In this document: positions 1 to 11,200 of the stretch, piece by piece
Layout of the letters: each line of letters starts with the position of its first letter
Position numbering within the stretch: the stretch's first letter is position 1
IMG/VR virus record: IMGVR_UViG_3300044216_000963
Location: 1 to 34,015 of that record
Source of the DNA: a virus
Taxonomy: Duplodnaviria; Caudoviricetes
Length of the DNA: 34,015 nt
Reading direction: 5' to 3' (one strand)
Made by a program: the position numbers and the translations under genes
Notes under the pieces: generated by a model
Told to the model about the DNA's origin: nothing
The model's database searches: none
The model's input: the letters and a program-made list of their open reading frames with translations, nothing else

Positions 1-434
1 TTTATCACACTCGTGATGGTGGTGCGATGTTACGCCTAAACAGGCTAACCAGTGATGGTGCTATTCAACAGTTTCAAAAAGACGGCTCCACGGTTGGCTC
101 AATAGATGTAAGTGGTTCTGCCACTTCTTACAATACATCCTCAGACCACCGCCTTAAAGAAAATGTAATGTACGATTGGGATGCTACGACTAGACTAAAG
201 CAACTCAAGCCAGCACGATTTAACTTTATTGTCGATCCTGATACCACAGTTGATGGCTTCCTTGCACATGAGGCACAGGCGGTTGTGCCAGAGGCTATCA
301 CAGGAACAAAAGACGAAGTTGATGATGATGGCAACGCAGTCATGCAAGGCATAGACCAAAGTAAACTTGTGCCTCTTTTGGTCAAAACAATCCAAGAACT
401 AGAGGCACGTATAGCAGCACTGGAGGCAGGATAA
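1..434 (+). CDS. Tail fibre/spike C-terminus with intramolecular chaperone (peptidase S74) domain, 5'-truncated
   Basis: Frame is open from the window start. YNTSSDHRLKEN autocleavage motif, GFLAHEAQAVVPEA, and C-terminal coiled coil LVPLLVKTIQELEARIAALE. Confidence 0.9.
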   Translation, partial: YHTRDGGAMLRLNRLTSDGAIQQFQKDGSTVGSIDVSGSATSYNTSSDHRLKENVMYDWDATTRLKQLKPARFNFIVDPDTTVDGFLAHEAQAVVPEAITGTKDEVDDDGNAVMQGIDQSKLVPLLVKTIQELEARIAALEAG

Positions 435-742
435 TGGCAATAGAATACACATGGACAATAAGTCAAACTGAATACGAAACCACAAGCGGAAGCAAAGGCA
501 TACAGGTGCTGCACTGGCGCTGCACAGCAGTTGATGGTGAGCACTCTGTAAGCTCTTATGGCACGACAAGCCATACACCTGATCCATCTTCAAGTGACTT
601 CATAGCTTACGAGAGTGTTACAGAAGCTAACTGCATAGCTTGGGTACAGGCACAGATAGACAAGGATGCCACTGAAGCTAATCTAGAAAAGGGTATAGAT
701 AATCTTAAAAATCCACCAACCATGAGTGGAGTTCCTTGGTAA
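434..742 (+). CDS. Tail-fibre-associated protein
   Basis: Coupled to the fibre gene (TAATG). YTWTI...HWR...FIAYESVTEA...WV...GVPW pattern is typical of small proteins following marine phage fibres. Confidence 0.6.
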   Translation: MAIEYTWTISQTEYETTSGSKGIQVLHWRCTAVDGEHSVSSYGTTSHTPDPSSSDFIAYESVTEANCIAWVQAQIDKDATEANLEKGIDNLKNPPTMSGVPW

Positions 743-743
743 G

Positions 744-980
744 ATGGAAATGGAGTTGCTATGGAGTGCTGGACTAACTGGTTTACTTGGTATAGTAGGC
801 TGGATTATCCGTAGTCAACACGCAGAAACACAACGTATGCAAGTCCTACTAAATAAAACACGAGAGGAGATGGCTCGTGACTATATGACTAAAGCAGAAG
901 CTAACAGTGATATAAATAGAATAATAGACAGACTGGAGGCTCTAGACGCAAAGCTAGATAGAATTATAGAGAGAAGATGA
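744..980 (+). CDS. Small membrane protein (N-terminal TM plus coiled coil), holin-like
   Basis: LLWSAGLTGLLGIVGWII hydrophobic segment then coiled coil IIDRLEALDAKLDRII. ATG at 744 follows the previous stop. Confidence 0.55.
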   Translation: MEMELLWSAGLTGLLGIVGWIIRSQHAETQRMQVLLNKTREEMARDYMTKAEANSDINRIIDRLEALDAKLDRIIERR

Positions 981-1438
981 TAGATCCCATAACGGCTATT
1001 GCAGGTGCTACTGCTGCCTTTAACACACTGAAGAAAGGCATACAGGTTGGCAAAGACCTGCAAGACATGGGTGGCACTATGGCTAAGTGGGCTGGTGCGA
1101 TAGCTGATCTAGACTTTGCAGATAAACAGAATCAGAAACCTCCGTGGTACAAGGCTCTAGGTGGTGGTGTAGAGGCACAAGCAATGGAGATCTTTGCAGC
1201 AAAACAGAAGGCTGCATCTATGAGAGCAGAATTAAAAGACTTTATATCTGTGGTATATGGACCATCTAAATGGCAAGAGATATTAGAAATAGAAGCAAAA
1301 CTTAGAAAGCAAAAGAGAGAACATGAATACAGACAAATGGAAATCAAACAAACAATCATCGAATGGGCTACAGGTATTTTACTCTTTATTATTTCCGTTG
1401 GCCTTTTGTTCGGTTTTGTATGGATAGGAACTAGATAA
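977..1438 (+). CDS. Hypothetical protein with C-terminal TM helix
   Basis: 153-aa ORF with ATGA overlap, MIDPITAIAGA start and hydrophobic C-terminus. Confidence 0.7.
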   Translation: MIDPITAIAGATAAFNTLKKGIQVGKDLQDMGGTMAKWAGAIADLDFADKQNQKPPWYKALGGGVEAQAMEIFAAKQKAASMRAELKDFISVVYGPSKWQEILEIEAKLRKQKREHEYRQMEIKQTIIEWATGILLFIISVGLLFGFVWIGTR

Positions 1439-4400
1439 TGGCAACTACATTTGGAAGCAGTGAGTCTTACGAGGACACTCAAGCACGAGAAAGTGCTGCA
1501 GATAATAGACCTCCTCCCCCAACCTCTATCCCCCCTGTTGAGGAAGCACCACCTCCAGCAGATGATACACCAGTAGATGATGGTCTTCCAGACTTAGGGC
1601 CAATGCCAGACAGGACTGATGTATTTTTAGGTGGTGACGATAGAAACAGAATGGGGGATGCTAGTTTTAACCTAGCTAAGTTCTCTGAAGACTTTGTGAA
1701 AAGATTTTCTACTGTTAACAGAGCAGGAGAATCTAGTCTTAGTTTTAGTAAACTGCAAGAGGCAACTCCTCAAGAGTTAACTTTATATGATTTAAATAAA
1801 GATGGAAAAATAGATGTTACTGATGCACTAGATATACAAACTGCTGGTGGAGCAACTCGAATAGGGGGAGAAAAGCTACAATCAATATATAATGCAATTC
1901 ACGATAACTCTGCTTTGATGGAAAAATTAGGTTATAGGTCTGACCCTAAAACATTCTTACTGGATGATGGTAGAGAAGTTACTGTTGATAACCCTACACT
2001 TACTAAATCTTATCAAGATGTTAGATTTCCAGAACAAATTTTAAATGAGAGTGCTATATTTTCTGGATATGATAATGATGCAAATAATCCGATGAAGAGA
2101 CATATGACTGTTGATGCATTTAAAGAAAATAGAGACAGAGCTAAAGAAAGTTTACCAAATATAGAACAAGGTTTTTTTAATTCTAAACAGTATGCAGACT
2201 GGTATGCTAATACTTTATTTGGCATAGGCACAATGGATGTGCGTAGGAGTCCTTACTTTGGTATGCAAGGTTCTGGTAGTATAGGTGCTGCTCAAGATGC
2301 AGCCTATGAAGATTATCTTAATTCTACAGGAAATCAAAGTTATCTAGTTGATGGAGATGATTTTAAACCTTATATGGGGGTAACTCTTCAGGATGGTCAG
2401 CAAGAACCAGCTACAGACATGCAGGTTGTTGGAAGGGAAGATGTATCTGATACAGGTTCAACTTCACCATTTGCTGGGATACAGATGGGAAGTGGTCAAC
2501 AAGATCAAACAGTTGACACTGTAGTAGACCCTGTGCAAGAAGAAGTAGTTACTTATGGTGATACAAATGTAGGGGATCAAACACAAGAGGCATTTGGTCC
2601 AGTTGCAGACTCAAATATAACTACATATGATCCTGCTGGTGATAGCTCTGCTCAAATAGATACAACAGGTGGTGCTACTACAACTGACACAGGACTTAAT
2701 ATTGCTGCTGCCCCTGCTGCAACTACATCTTTTAGTCCAAGAAGTGCTACTAGATCTGTAGCATCAGATACTGCTGGATTAGGTTCTGTGCCTACATTTG
2801 GTGGTGGATATCAACCAGGCACTGTTTATGAAGGGACACAGTTTGAAGCCAGAGATAGTGGTATAGAAACTGTAATGTATAGGAACCAAAGAGGACAGAT
2901 GATACCAGTCACACTAAGAAATGGTAAACCTATTACTTATGTACCACCTGGGTATGTTAGATCTATGTCTGAGGGTGGTGCCGTTATGCCACTAGAGTCA
3001 GAGCATAATTTAGCTAATAAATTTCTTGGGTACACTGGTGAGAAATCTAGACCTGCTCTTGATGATTTTTACAAGTCTAATCCTGGAGCAGCAGCACGTA
3101 TGGGTGAATATCAAAAAGCTGTAACTGGTATGTCTTATGGTGGTTATACTGGTGGACCTGCAGAGAGAGGTAGAGGAGCACCTGCAGCTAGTCCTGCCCC
3201 TAGATCACAACCTGCAGCAGGTATAGAGAGGGGTAGAACACAACAACCTAGAGTGTCTAGTCCTACACCACAGGCTACCACTCAAAGATCTATGGGTGCT
3301 CCTGCGCCTAGACAAAGGGACAATGACAGAAGCACACCACCTAGAGTAGCTACGACACAACAACAAACACGACAAACCTCTCAACCTAAAGCCATGCAGT
3401 TTTCTGATAAAGATAAAGGTGTTTCTATATCTTACTTTAACTCTCAAGGTGAACAAATAGGGGTCGGTGATAAAAGAACCAGTAGACTTAGTTTTAAAGA
3501 TCCTATGACAAGGGACATTGCAAAAGATTTACAAGATACAGGACAAAGCTATGAGGTACGTAATAACGAATTATTAACTAGTAACTCTGTTCTTGAAGGA
3601 TCTAAAGTATTTTTAAAAGCCCTTAGAGATAAAAAACTTCCTGTATCTTATACTTCAGGTAATGCAACATATTCTTTAGAAGCAAACTTTATAGAAGAAG
3701 ATACTGGTAGGGTTAATATCCCAGGGGGTAGTTATTTCGCTGGGGTAAAACTTACAACTCCTAATGATTTTTTATTAGACTTGGTAAGAAAAATGTCTGG
3801 GCAAAATACTCTAAATAGGGGTGGAGTAATTGGTGGCTATCAAGAGGGTGGAGCATCTAGTGATCTATCAGGTGAAGGAAACATAGATCCAGTAACTGGT
3901 TTTGAAACAATAAGTTATAAAGATGATATAATACCTATGTTTGGTGATGCAGTGACTCAAACTATGCAACCTGGACAAGCCCCTGTATCTTACATAGAAG
4001 AAGATCAAAGTCAGTTTTTAGATGCCTCTGCTGGTAGAGTAAGTGATGTAGCTCCCTATGCAAGTGCGGCTACTGTAGATACGGTTGAAACAGCAATGAC
4101 TCCTGGTGTAGCAGATACAGCTACTTATGGCGCTACTACTGCTGCTGGTGCAGTAAGAGATGAGACTGCAAGAACAACTGCAGCTACAGGAACAGTAAGT
4201 GAGGGTGCTCAGGTAGATGCAGCACAAGGCACTGTATCCGATGCAGCTATGGCTGATGCAGCACAGTTTGACTCTAACTTTATTAATAGAGTTAATATGG
4301 GTGAGATGAATGTTACCTCTAGTCAACTTGTAAATGCAGCAGGTCAAGATGAGGTAGCACCAGCAGTTAAGATAGCGCAGTCCTCTGGCATTGACCCTGC

Positions 4401-6075
4401 AATAGCTCAACAGGCAACAGTGTCTGTAAACGAGTTACCAGAGGCTGCTACTATAGCAGAATCTAACATGGCTCAGGCTAAGGTAGCACAGTCTGGTGGT
4501 TTACTTAGAGAAGAAGCTACAGCATATGCTGCAAAGTTAGATACTTTTAGTGTTGACAATGGTACACTAGCTAAAGCCATACAAGGTGAGGTAGGTGCTC
4601 TAGGAACTGTACAAGGTCAGTTAGAAAACCTGATGAGTCAGTTTGATGATGGTACACCAGCTTGGGCCGCAGGAGCTATGAGAGCCGCTAATGCTGCTAT
4701 GGCTGCAAGAGGACTAGGTGGTAGCTCTATGGCTGGTGCAGCTATCTTACAGGCTGCTATGGAGTCTGCATTACCTATTGCACAACAGGATGCTCAAACA
4801 TTTAACCAGATGAACATGAGCAACCTTAACAGGAGACAACAGGTTGCTCTGACTAATGCTGCTGCACAACAAGGGCTTGCTCTACAGAACTTGTCTAACG
4901 AACAACAGGCAGCACTACAGAATAGTACAAATGCTTTTGCTCTGCAGACACAAGACTTGTCTAACATGCAGCAAACATTCTTGGCTAACGCACAGATAAA
5001 GTCTGCACTACAGGGTCAAAACCTTAGCAATCAACAACAAGCCAACTTAGTTACAGCAGCTAGATACGCTGAAGTTTCTAACATGAACTTAAACAACAGG
5101 CAACAGACTGCTTTAACTAATAATGCAAACAACCTACAGATTGAGCTGTCAAATTTATCTAATAAGCAACAGGCTTATGTATCTAATGCACAACTTGCTG
5201 CAGCATTGCAAGGTAAACAAATAGATAATCAACAGCAAGCAGCTATACAAAATGCAGCTAGATTTGCAGAGGCAGCTAATATAAACTTTACTGCAGAACA
5301 ACAAGAACAATTACATAACTCTGAACTTATGAAAACTGTAGGTTTAGCTAATTTAAGTAATAGACAGGCTGCTGTATTACAAAACGCTGCTACTCTTGCT
5401 GCTATGGATACGGCTAATTTAAATAATAGACAACAGGCTGCGGTACAGAATGCTCAAAGTTTCTTACAAATGGACATGGCTAACCTGACTAATGCACAAC
5501 AGACTGAGATATTTAGAGCACAACAAAACATACAAGCGTTGTTTACTGATCAGGCTGCTACTAATGCTGCATCACAATTTAATGCTACCAGTGAAAACCA
5601 GACTAATCAATTCTTTGCATCACTAGCATCACAGACCTCACAATTTAATGCAACACAAGTTAATGCTACAAATCAGTTTAATGTAAATGCTGTAAATGGT
5701 ATCAGGCAATTTAATTCTAATTTACAAAATCAAAGAGATCAGTTTAATGCTAATAATGGTTTAGTAGTGGCACAAGCTAATGCACAGTGGAGACAGAATA
5801 TAGCAACTTTAAATACTGCTGTACAAAATGAAAGCAACATGGACTTTGCTAAGACAATTAATGAATTGACAGAAAATAACTTAGATCACATCTGGCAAAG
5901 AGAAAGAGATCTAATGCAGTACAATGTAGAGTCAATAGAAAACTCTAGAGATCGTGGTATGCAGATACTTCTTGGTTTACAAGACCTAGAAAGTTTAAGG
6001 GAAAGAATAGCAGCAGGTGAAGATCGTGCTCAAAATGATTTCTTGTTTAGTTTTCTGTTTGATATTTTTGATTAG
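1438..6075 (+). CDS. Large putative internal virion (ejection) protein with Q/N/A-rich repetitive C-terminus
   Basis: 1545-aa ORF in the structural arm with low-complexity segments and many NLSNxQQA-type repeats. Function inferred from position and composition. Confidence 0.65.
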   Translation: MATTFGSSESYEDTQARESAADNRPPPPTSIPPVEEAPPPADDTPVDDGLPDLGPMPDRTDVFLGGDDRNRMGDASFNLAKFSEDFVKRFSTVNRAGESSLSFSKLQEATPQELTLYDLNKDGKIDVTDALDIQTAGGATRIGGEKLQSIYNAIHDNSALMEKLGYRSDPKTFLLDDGREVTVDNPTLTKSYQDVRFPEQILNESAIFSGYDNDANNPMKRHMTVDAFKENRDRAKESLPNIEQGFFNSKQYADWYANTLFGIGTMDVRRSPYFGMQGSGSIGAAQDAAYEDYLNSTGNQSYLVDGDDFKPYMGVTLQDGQQEPATDMQVVGREDVSDTGSTSPFAGIQMGSGQQDQTVDTVVDPVQEEVVTYGDTNVGDQTQEAFGPVADSNITTYDPAGDSSAQIDTTGGATTTDTGLNIAAAPAATTSFSPRSATRSVASDTAGLGSVPTFGGGYQPGTVYEGTQFEARDSGIETVMYRNQRGQMIPVTLRNGKPITYVPPGYVRSMSEGGAVMPLESEHNLANKFLGYTGEKSRPALDDFYKSNPGAAARMGEYQKAVTGMSYGGYTGGPAERGRGAPAASPAPRSQPAAGIERGRTQQPRVSSPTPQATTQRSMGAPAPRQRDNDRSTPPRVATTQQQTRQTSQPKAMQFSDKDKGVSISYFNSQGEQIGVGDKRTSRLSFKDPMTRDIAKDLQDTGQSYEVRNNELLTSNSVLEGSKVFLKALRDKKLPVSYTSGNATYSLEANFIEEDTGRVNIPGGSYFAGVKLTTPNDFLLDLVRKMSGQNTLNRGGVIGGYQEGGASSDLSGEGNIDPVTGFETISYKDDIIPMFGDAVTQTMQPGQAPVSYIEEDQSQFLDASAGRVSDVAPYASAATVDTVETAMTPGVADTATYGATTAAGAVRDETARTTAATGTVSEGAQVDAAQGTVSDAAMADAAQFDSNFINRVNMGEMNVTSSQLVNAAGQDEVAPAVKIAQSSGIDPAIAQQATVSVNELPEAATIAESNMAQAKVAQSGGLLREEATAYAAKLDTFSVDNGTLAKAIQGEVGALGTVQGQLENLMSQFDDGTPAWAAGAMRAANAAMAARGLGGSSMAGAAILQAAMESALPIAQQDAQTFNQMNMSNLNRRQQVALTNAAAQQGLALQNLSNEQQAALQNSTNAFALQTQDLSNMQQTFLANAQIKSALQGQNLSNQQQANLVTAARYAEVSNMNLNNRQQTALTNNANNLQIELSNLSNKQQAYVSNAQLAAALQGKQIDNQQQAAIQNAARFAEAANINFTAEQQEQLHNSELMKTVGLANLSNRQAAVLQNAATLAAMDTANLNNRQQAAVQNAQSFLQMDMANLTNAQQTEIFRAQQNIQALFTDQAATNAASQFNATSENQTNQFFASLASQTSQFNATQVNATNQFNVNAVNGIRQFNSNLQNQRDQFNANNGLVVAQANAQWRQNIATLNTAVQNESNMDFAKTINELTENNLDHIWQRERDLMQYNVESIENSRDRGMQILLGLQDLESLRERIAAGEDRAQNDFLFSFLFDIFD

Positions 6076-6083
6076 GTGAAATA

Positions 6084-6776
6084 ATGGCACTATATACTAA
6101 AAAATCTTTGGAAGAGATAAGAAGCCAACTAGCTGAAGAGGATGCTAGAACAACAAAGGCTGTTAGAAAAACAGATAGACCTTATTTCATGAGGCGTAAT
6201 AGAGTTGATACAACATCTCCTTTAGGGGTTAGTGACCCAGTTGAAGAATTAATGGCAGAGTTTTCTTCTCGTTCAGCTACTATTGTTCGTCAAACAAGTG
6301 CTATTGCAAATGCAAAATCAAAGAATAGGCAACTAAAAGAAGAAATAACAGATTTGTCACCAACAGCAGAGGCAGGCGATCAAATATTTGTTAAGGGTGA
6401 AAAGGGTAAGCAACCGTTGACTATAAGAAATAATAATCCAGGCAATCTTAGATTTGCAGGTCAGGATGGTGCAGAAAAAGGTGAGGGAGGTTTTGCTAGA
6501 TTTAAAACAGCAGAGGCTGGTATGTTAGCAATGCGTAAACAAATAGTATTAGATACTCAAACCCGTGGACAAACATTAAGAGAGTTTATTAACAAGTATG
6601 CACCACCTAGCGAAAATGAAACAACTAAGTATTTAAAAACTGTATCTAATACAATAGGAATTGATCCTGATCAAAAAGTTCCTGAAAACTTAATAAATGA
6701 TTTGCAAAAAATTATGATACAACTAGAGGGTGGTAAAGTATCATTAGACTATTTTATGAGAGAAGATGAAGAATGA
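6084..6776 (+). CDS. Virion-associated lysozyme-fold (peptidoglycan hydrolase-like) protein
   Basis: IRNNNPGNLR, FARF..AEAG..A and TL..FINKYAPPSENET..Y motifs of phage virion lysozyme-like proteins. Confidence 0.7.
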   Translation: MALYTKKSLEEIRSQLAEEDARTTKAVRKTDRPYFMRRNRVDTTSPLGVSDPVEELMAEFSSRSATIVRQTSAIANAKSKNRQLKEEITDLSPTAEAGDQIFVKGEKGKQPLTIRNNNPGNLRFAGQDGAEKGEGGFARFKTAEAGMLAMRKQIVLDTQTRGQTLREFINKYAPPSENETTKYLKTVSNTIGIDPDQKVPENLINDLQKIMIQLEGGKVSLDYFMREDEE

Positions 6777-7300
6777 GTATAGTATTAGCTGCACCTATTC
6801 CAGGTCAATCATTAACTAAAGAACCTAAAAACATGCGCTTTGAGAGACCTCCTGATATTGCGAGTCCTCTTGAAGCACTGGATATGCACATAGATAACAT
6901 TACTAGACCAGAAGCATTAAGAGATGCTTTTCATTTTTTAGAAGAAGGTCTTGATCTTGTGTCTCTTGTTGAAGGTATATTGCGTAGTGCCGTAATGGGT
7001 GGCAGACATAGCTTAGATGTTAGTCTAATTATTGCGCCAGTATTACATGAATATATTAGAGGTCTTGCACTAGAAGCTGATGTAGAATTTGAAGAGGGTT
7101 TTGATAAGGCTCAAGATGATGGTATTGAATATACCAGAGATGCAAAACGTGCTAATGATATCCTACAACAAATGAAGAAAGAACAAGGTATGCCCATAGA
7201 TGAACCTATGGAAATGCAGCCTGAAGAAAAAGAAGAGCCAATGGTGGAGACTGAGGATATGCCCCTCACCCCACAAGGGCTGATGTCTAGGAGAGTATGA
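6773..7300 (+). CDS. Hypothetical (probable virion) protein
   Basis: 175-aa ORF with APIPGQSLT..P...ERPP start, translationally coupled on both sides. Confidence 0.65.
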   Translation: MSIVLAAPIPGQSLTKEPKNMRFERPPDIASPLEALDMHIDNITRPEALRDAFHFLEEGLDLVSLVEGILRSAVMGGRHSLDVSLIIAPVLHEYIRGLALEADVEFEEGFDKAQDDGIEYTRDAKRANDILQQMKKEQGMPIDEPMEMQPEEKEEPMVETEDMPLTPQGLMSRRV

Positions 7301-8274
7301 TGAAATTTTCATGGGCTGGTCTTAATGATGCATATCAAAGAAAAAGATTAGAAGATAGGGCAGACAAAGAAAGAGAAGAGGAGATAGCTCTTGCTCGTGA
7401 AAACACTTTGTTAGAACTTGGTTTAACCAGAAATAGAGATAGAGCAAAATTTAGAAGTAGCGAGCCTTACAGAGAGGCAGCAGAAGCTGTTATAAAGTTA
7501 GAAAAGAGACTGGAAGATATAACATTCGTTGATGATACACAAAAAAACTTTTTTGATAAATTAAAAACAGATCCTTTTGCTGTAAAAGAGGTATTTGATT
7601 TTATAGAAGAACAAGAGACCGAGTATAACAACTCTGTTAAACTGCTCGATCTCCCCCTTATGATAGATATAGTTACATCTAATGCACCTGTTGATCAACA
7701 GATAGATATTATTGGACAGATAACAAGTCAATCTTATGTTGGAGAAGAAGGAAAACAAAACTTTATTGACATGGCTTCTAAGTTAAATAACATTGTAACT
7801 ACACCTGGTCGTAATGTGTTTATTGATATAAAACCAGGAACTAGATTAGATCCAGTAAAAGTCAGTGCCAAAGAAGAAGCAATGATAGACATGGTAATAA
7901 ATAGTATTGTTAGCCCTGCTCTTACATACCAAATTAACAACCCCAACGACACTAAACTTAATGGTATACTAGAAGATGTTTATAGTGATAATTCAGCTAT
8001 AAAACAAAGAGGTCTTATACAATTATTTAATTACACACCATCAGGTAGAAATAGTTCTTTTGGTAGCCTTGCAGAACTTGAGGCGTTGATAAAAGCCAAC
8101 CCTGCATTAAGAGGTTTTCAAGAAACTAGTATTGGAAAAACAATACTCCAAGGCTACGTCTATCCAACACCTCCTCAAGAATCTATAGACGAATTAAGAG
8201 CAGATCCAAGTCCTGAGAAAAAACGAATTTTTGATTTAACATATGGTCCAGGAAAAGCAGATAGTTATTTATAG
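7297..8274 (+). CDS. Putative internal virion protein
   Basis: 325-aa ORF with RBS AGGAG, lying between virion genes. Confidence 0.6.
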   Translation: MMKFSWAGLNDAYQRKRLEDRADKEREEEIALARENTLLELGLTRNRDRAKFRSSEPYREAAEAVIKLEKRLEDITFVDDTQKNFFDKLKTDPFAVKEVFDFIEEQETEYNNSVKLLDLPLMIDIVTSNAPVDQQIDIIGQITSQSYVGEEGKQNFIDMASKLNNIVTTPGRNVFIDIKPGTRLDPVKVSAKEEAMIDMVINSIVSPALTYQINNPNDTKLNGILEDVYSDNSAIKQRGLIQLFNYTPSGRNSSFGSLAELEALIKANPALRGFQETSIGKTILQGYVYPTPPQESIDELRADPSPEKKRIFDLTYGPGKADSYL

Positions 8275-8281
8275 GTAGATA

Positions 8282-11200
8282 ATGACACAAAACGTAGTAC
8301 CCGAAGATTTTTTTCTAAAGTTTCATAACAAACAAACTCAAGATGTAGTACCTAGAGATTTTTTTCTAAAGTTTCATGAAACAGATACTGAAACTAAAAC
8401 TAGGGAAATTAATGAGATAGGGTTGCCTGAGGCTGGCACATACTCTGAGAATGATATGTCAGAGGATGATAATATGTTTTCTGTTGTAGAAGCATATATG
8501 ATAGACCGTTATGGTAAAAGATATGTAGAGAAACAATCTAGAGATGATCTTGTAGATGCGTTCTTAAATAATAGGAGAGGAGTTAGTGGAGGTAACAGTG
8601 TTCGTAATTTTGAGGAGACAAGATTTTTAAATAGAATACAAGATGACCCAGTAAAAATGGCTACGGCAGGTAAAGCCTACAAACTTTACGAAGATATGGC
8701 AGGATTGTTTAGCAAAGAACTTACTGTTGGAGAAAAGGTAGAAGGTAGTTTAGATTATATACGTACCTTTTTATTAGATCCTGTAAATGCTGTTGGTGGT
8801 ATATTAGGTAAAGTTGTTGGTGGTGGATCTGTTAGAGTTGCTTCTAATGTTGGTCAAAAAGCAGCTATGGAGGCAATGAAAAAGACCGCAGGCACAGGTG
8901 CAAGTGCTAAAACTGTAAAGAAAAAAGGTGCTGAAGCATTTAAAAAAGCCATAAGAGAAGCAGGTAAAGAAACGCAAAGAAACGCTGCTAGGTTTGCATC
9001 AGAGTTAAAAAATACCAGAGGTTTTAAAAGACTAATTCAAAAGGGTGCTGTAGCGGAGATAGCCACAGTTGCTAGTATAGATGCAATAGCTGCTGCAGGT
9101 ACAGATGCATTATATCAAAATGGCTTAATAAGAACAGGTGTTCAAGAAGAATTTAGTACTATGCAACTAGGTATTGCTGCCCTTGGTTCTGTTATTATGG
9201 GTGGAATACAAGCTGGTAGAGTTATGGCTAGAGGAGAAATTGGACCTCAGGCTTCACCATTAGTAACAGGGGGTGTAGAAAACAGAAAGGATGTACTAAA
9301 AGATTTAACACAGGATCTTATAAAATATGGGGAGATGCAGATACCTATTACTAAAAAATGGGAAGCTAGGGTTACAGATGGGCAAGAACTTTCTGATCTT
9401 GATTCTGATTTTTTTATAGAGTTGCTTTTAGGTAGACACTCAGAGGATGGTGAAGAGGTATTGTTTGAGGGGATATCACAAAAGGCAGCTAGAAATAATG
9501 TTTACTGGATAGAAGAATCAGACGAGAATGTAGGTAATTGGGTAGCAGAAATTATTGCAACATCAGAGCAGAAAGATGTGGATGAATTTGTAGATGCTTT
9601 TCGTAAAGCCACTGGCAATAAGTTAAGACAAATCTCTGCTAAGAAGATGACTCCAGAAAAACTAGCAGATACATTTGCAAATAAAATAAGTCAGTCTGCT
9701 AGAAATCTAAATGCTCTTAAACAAGTGGCAGATAGAAACTCTTTATCTATAGAAGATTTAGATGTAGAAACTTTTATTGCTACTGAGGCTGATCTACCTT
9801 TTAAAACAATAAAAAGAGAAACTGATAATCCAGAGATGAGTGGATTTGAAAAGTTTTTAGAGTTAACCCCAGATGCAATAGTAAATGCACAGAATAAAAC
9901 TATTAGACTATTAGTTTCTAATCCATCTACAAGTGCATTGAATGTTATTGGTTGGGGTGCTCATACATCTCTTAACACTGTATCTGATATAGCCTTAGCA
10001 ACTGTATATTTAGGTAAAGGTGGGTTGCAGAAGCTAGCCTTTATGGGTAACAGGGGGGACAATGATTTAAGAATAGCAAAACAGATAATGGCTACTACTT
10101 TGTTTAAGGGTAGGACAGTACTTGATCCTAGCATGACCAGAGCACATTTTGAAACCATGTTATCTAGAAATGCAAAAGCTATGGAGGCACTAGATAGCAC
10201 ACTCCCTGGAGGTGTAGAGAATGCAACTAAACTTATAACTGATGGAGAGTTTTCATCTACTGCACGTATGTTAGACCTTAAATCAGAACAAGTTGTTGAT
10301 ATGATACAAATGCTTAGTTTAGTTAAAGCACAGGATAGATTTACTAAGTCTGTAGAATTTGTATCTCAAATGGATAAAGCATTAAGACTACAATTTAATA
10401 AAGGTTGGGATGAATTTTATACTGACCCTAATGCAAGTAAACTTATGCAAACTAAAGAGTATTCTAGAATAGAAGCATTAGCTGTAGAGAGAACTTTAGA
10501 AACTATTTTTTCAAAGTCTTATAAAGGTAAAGGTGCTTTAGGTCAGATAGCTGGTGCTATTGAGGATGCTAGAAATATACCTGGTATAGGTTTAATGATT
10601 CCTTTTGGTAGATTTTTTAACAACACTGTTGATTTTGCTTTTCAAGCCAGTCCTATAGGTCTCTTTGGTAAATTAATGGGGTTTTATAAAGATAAAACTT
10701 ATAAAGAATTATCAGCAAAAGCTACTGTGGCTGTTGGTTTTGTGGCTTATTTATCACAGGATGAGGATGAAAAAAGAAGACAGGGTTTGGGTTTGTATGA
10801 AACTAGAACTCCAGGTGGTACAATAATTAATCAACAGTTTGACTATCCTTTATCTTTATTTAAAGCTGTTGCTCGTGTTATATCTATGCTTAATGCAGGA
10901 GAAACACCAACAGAAGATATGTTATCTCAAATATCTAGAGACTTTACTTTAGGAGGTTTACTTAGAAACTTAGATAGATCTCAGAAAGATATGGCAGAGT
11001 TATTATATCATGCCTTTAGATTAGAGTTAGAAGACGTTCAAAGATCTGCAATAAAAGTTAGTAGGGGTATTATTGCTCAACCTATAAATGCAGGTACAAG
11101 ATTTTTAGAACCACTTAATATTGTGGCTGGTGTTGTTCAAGGGGGTCAACAAAAAACAATAGATAGAGAACAAGGCAATAAATTTGTAAATGATGCCTTT

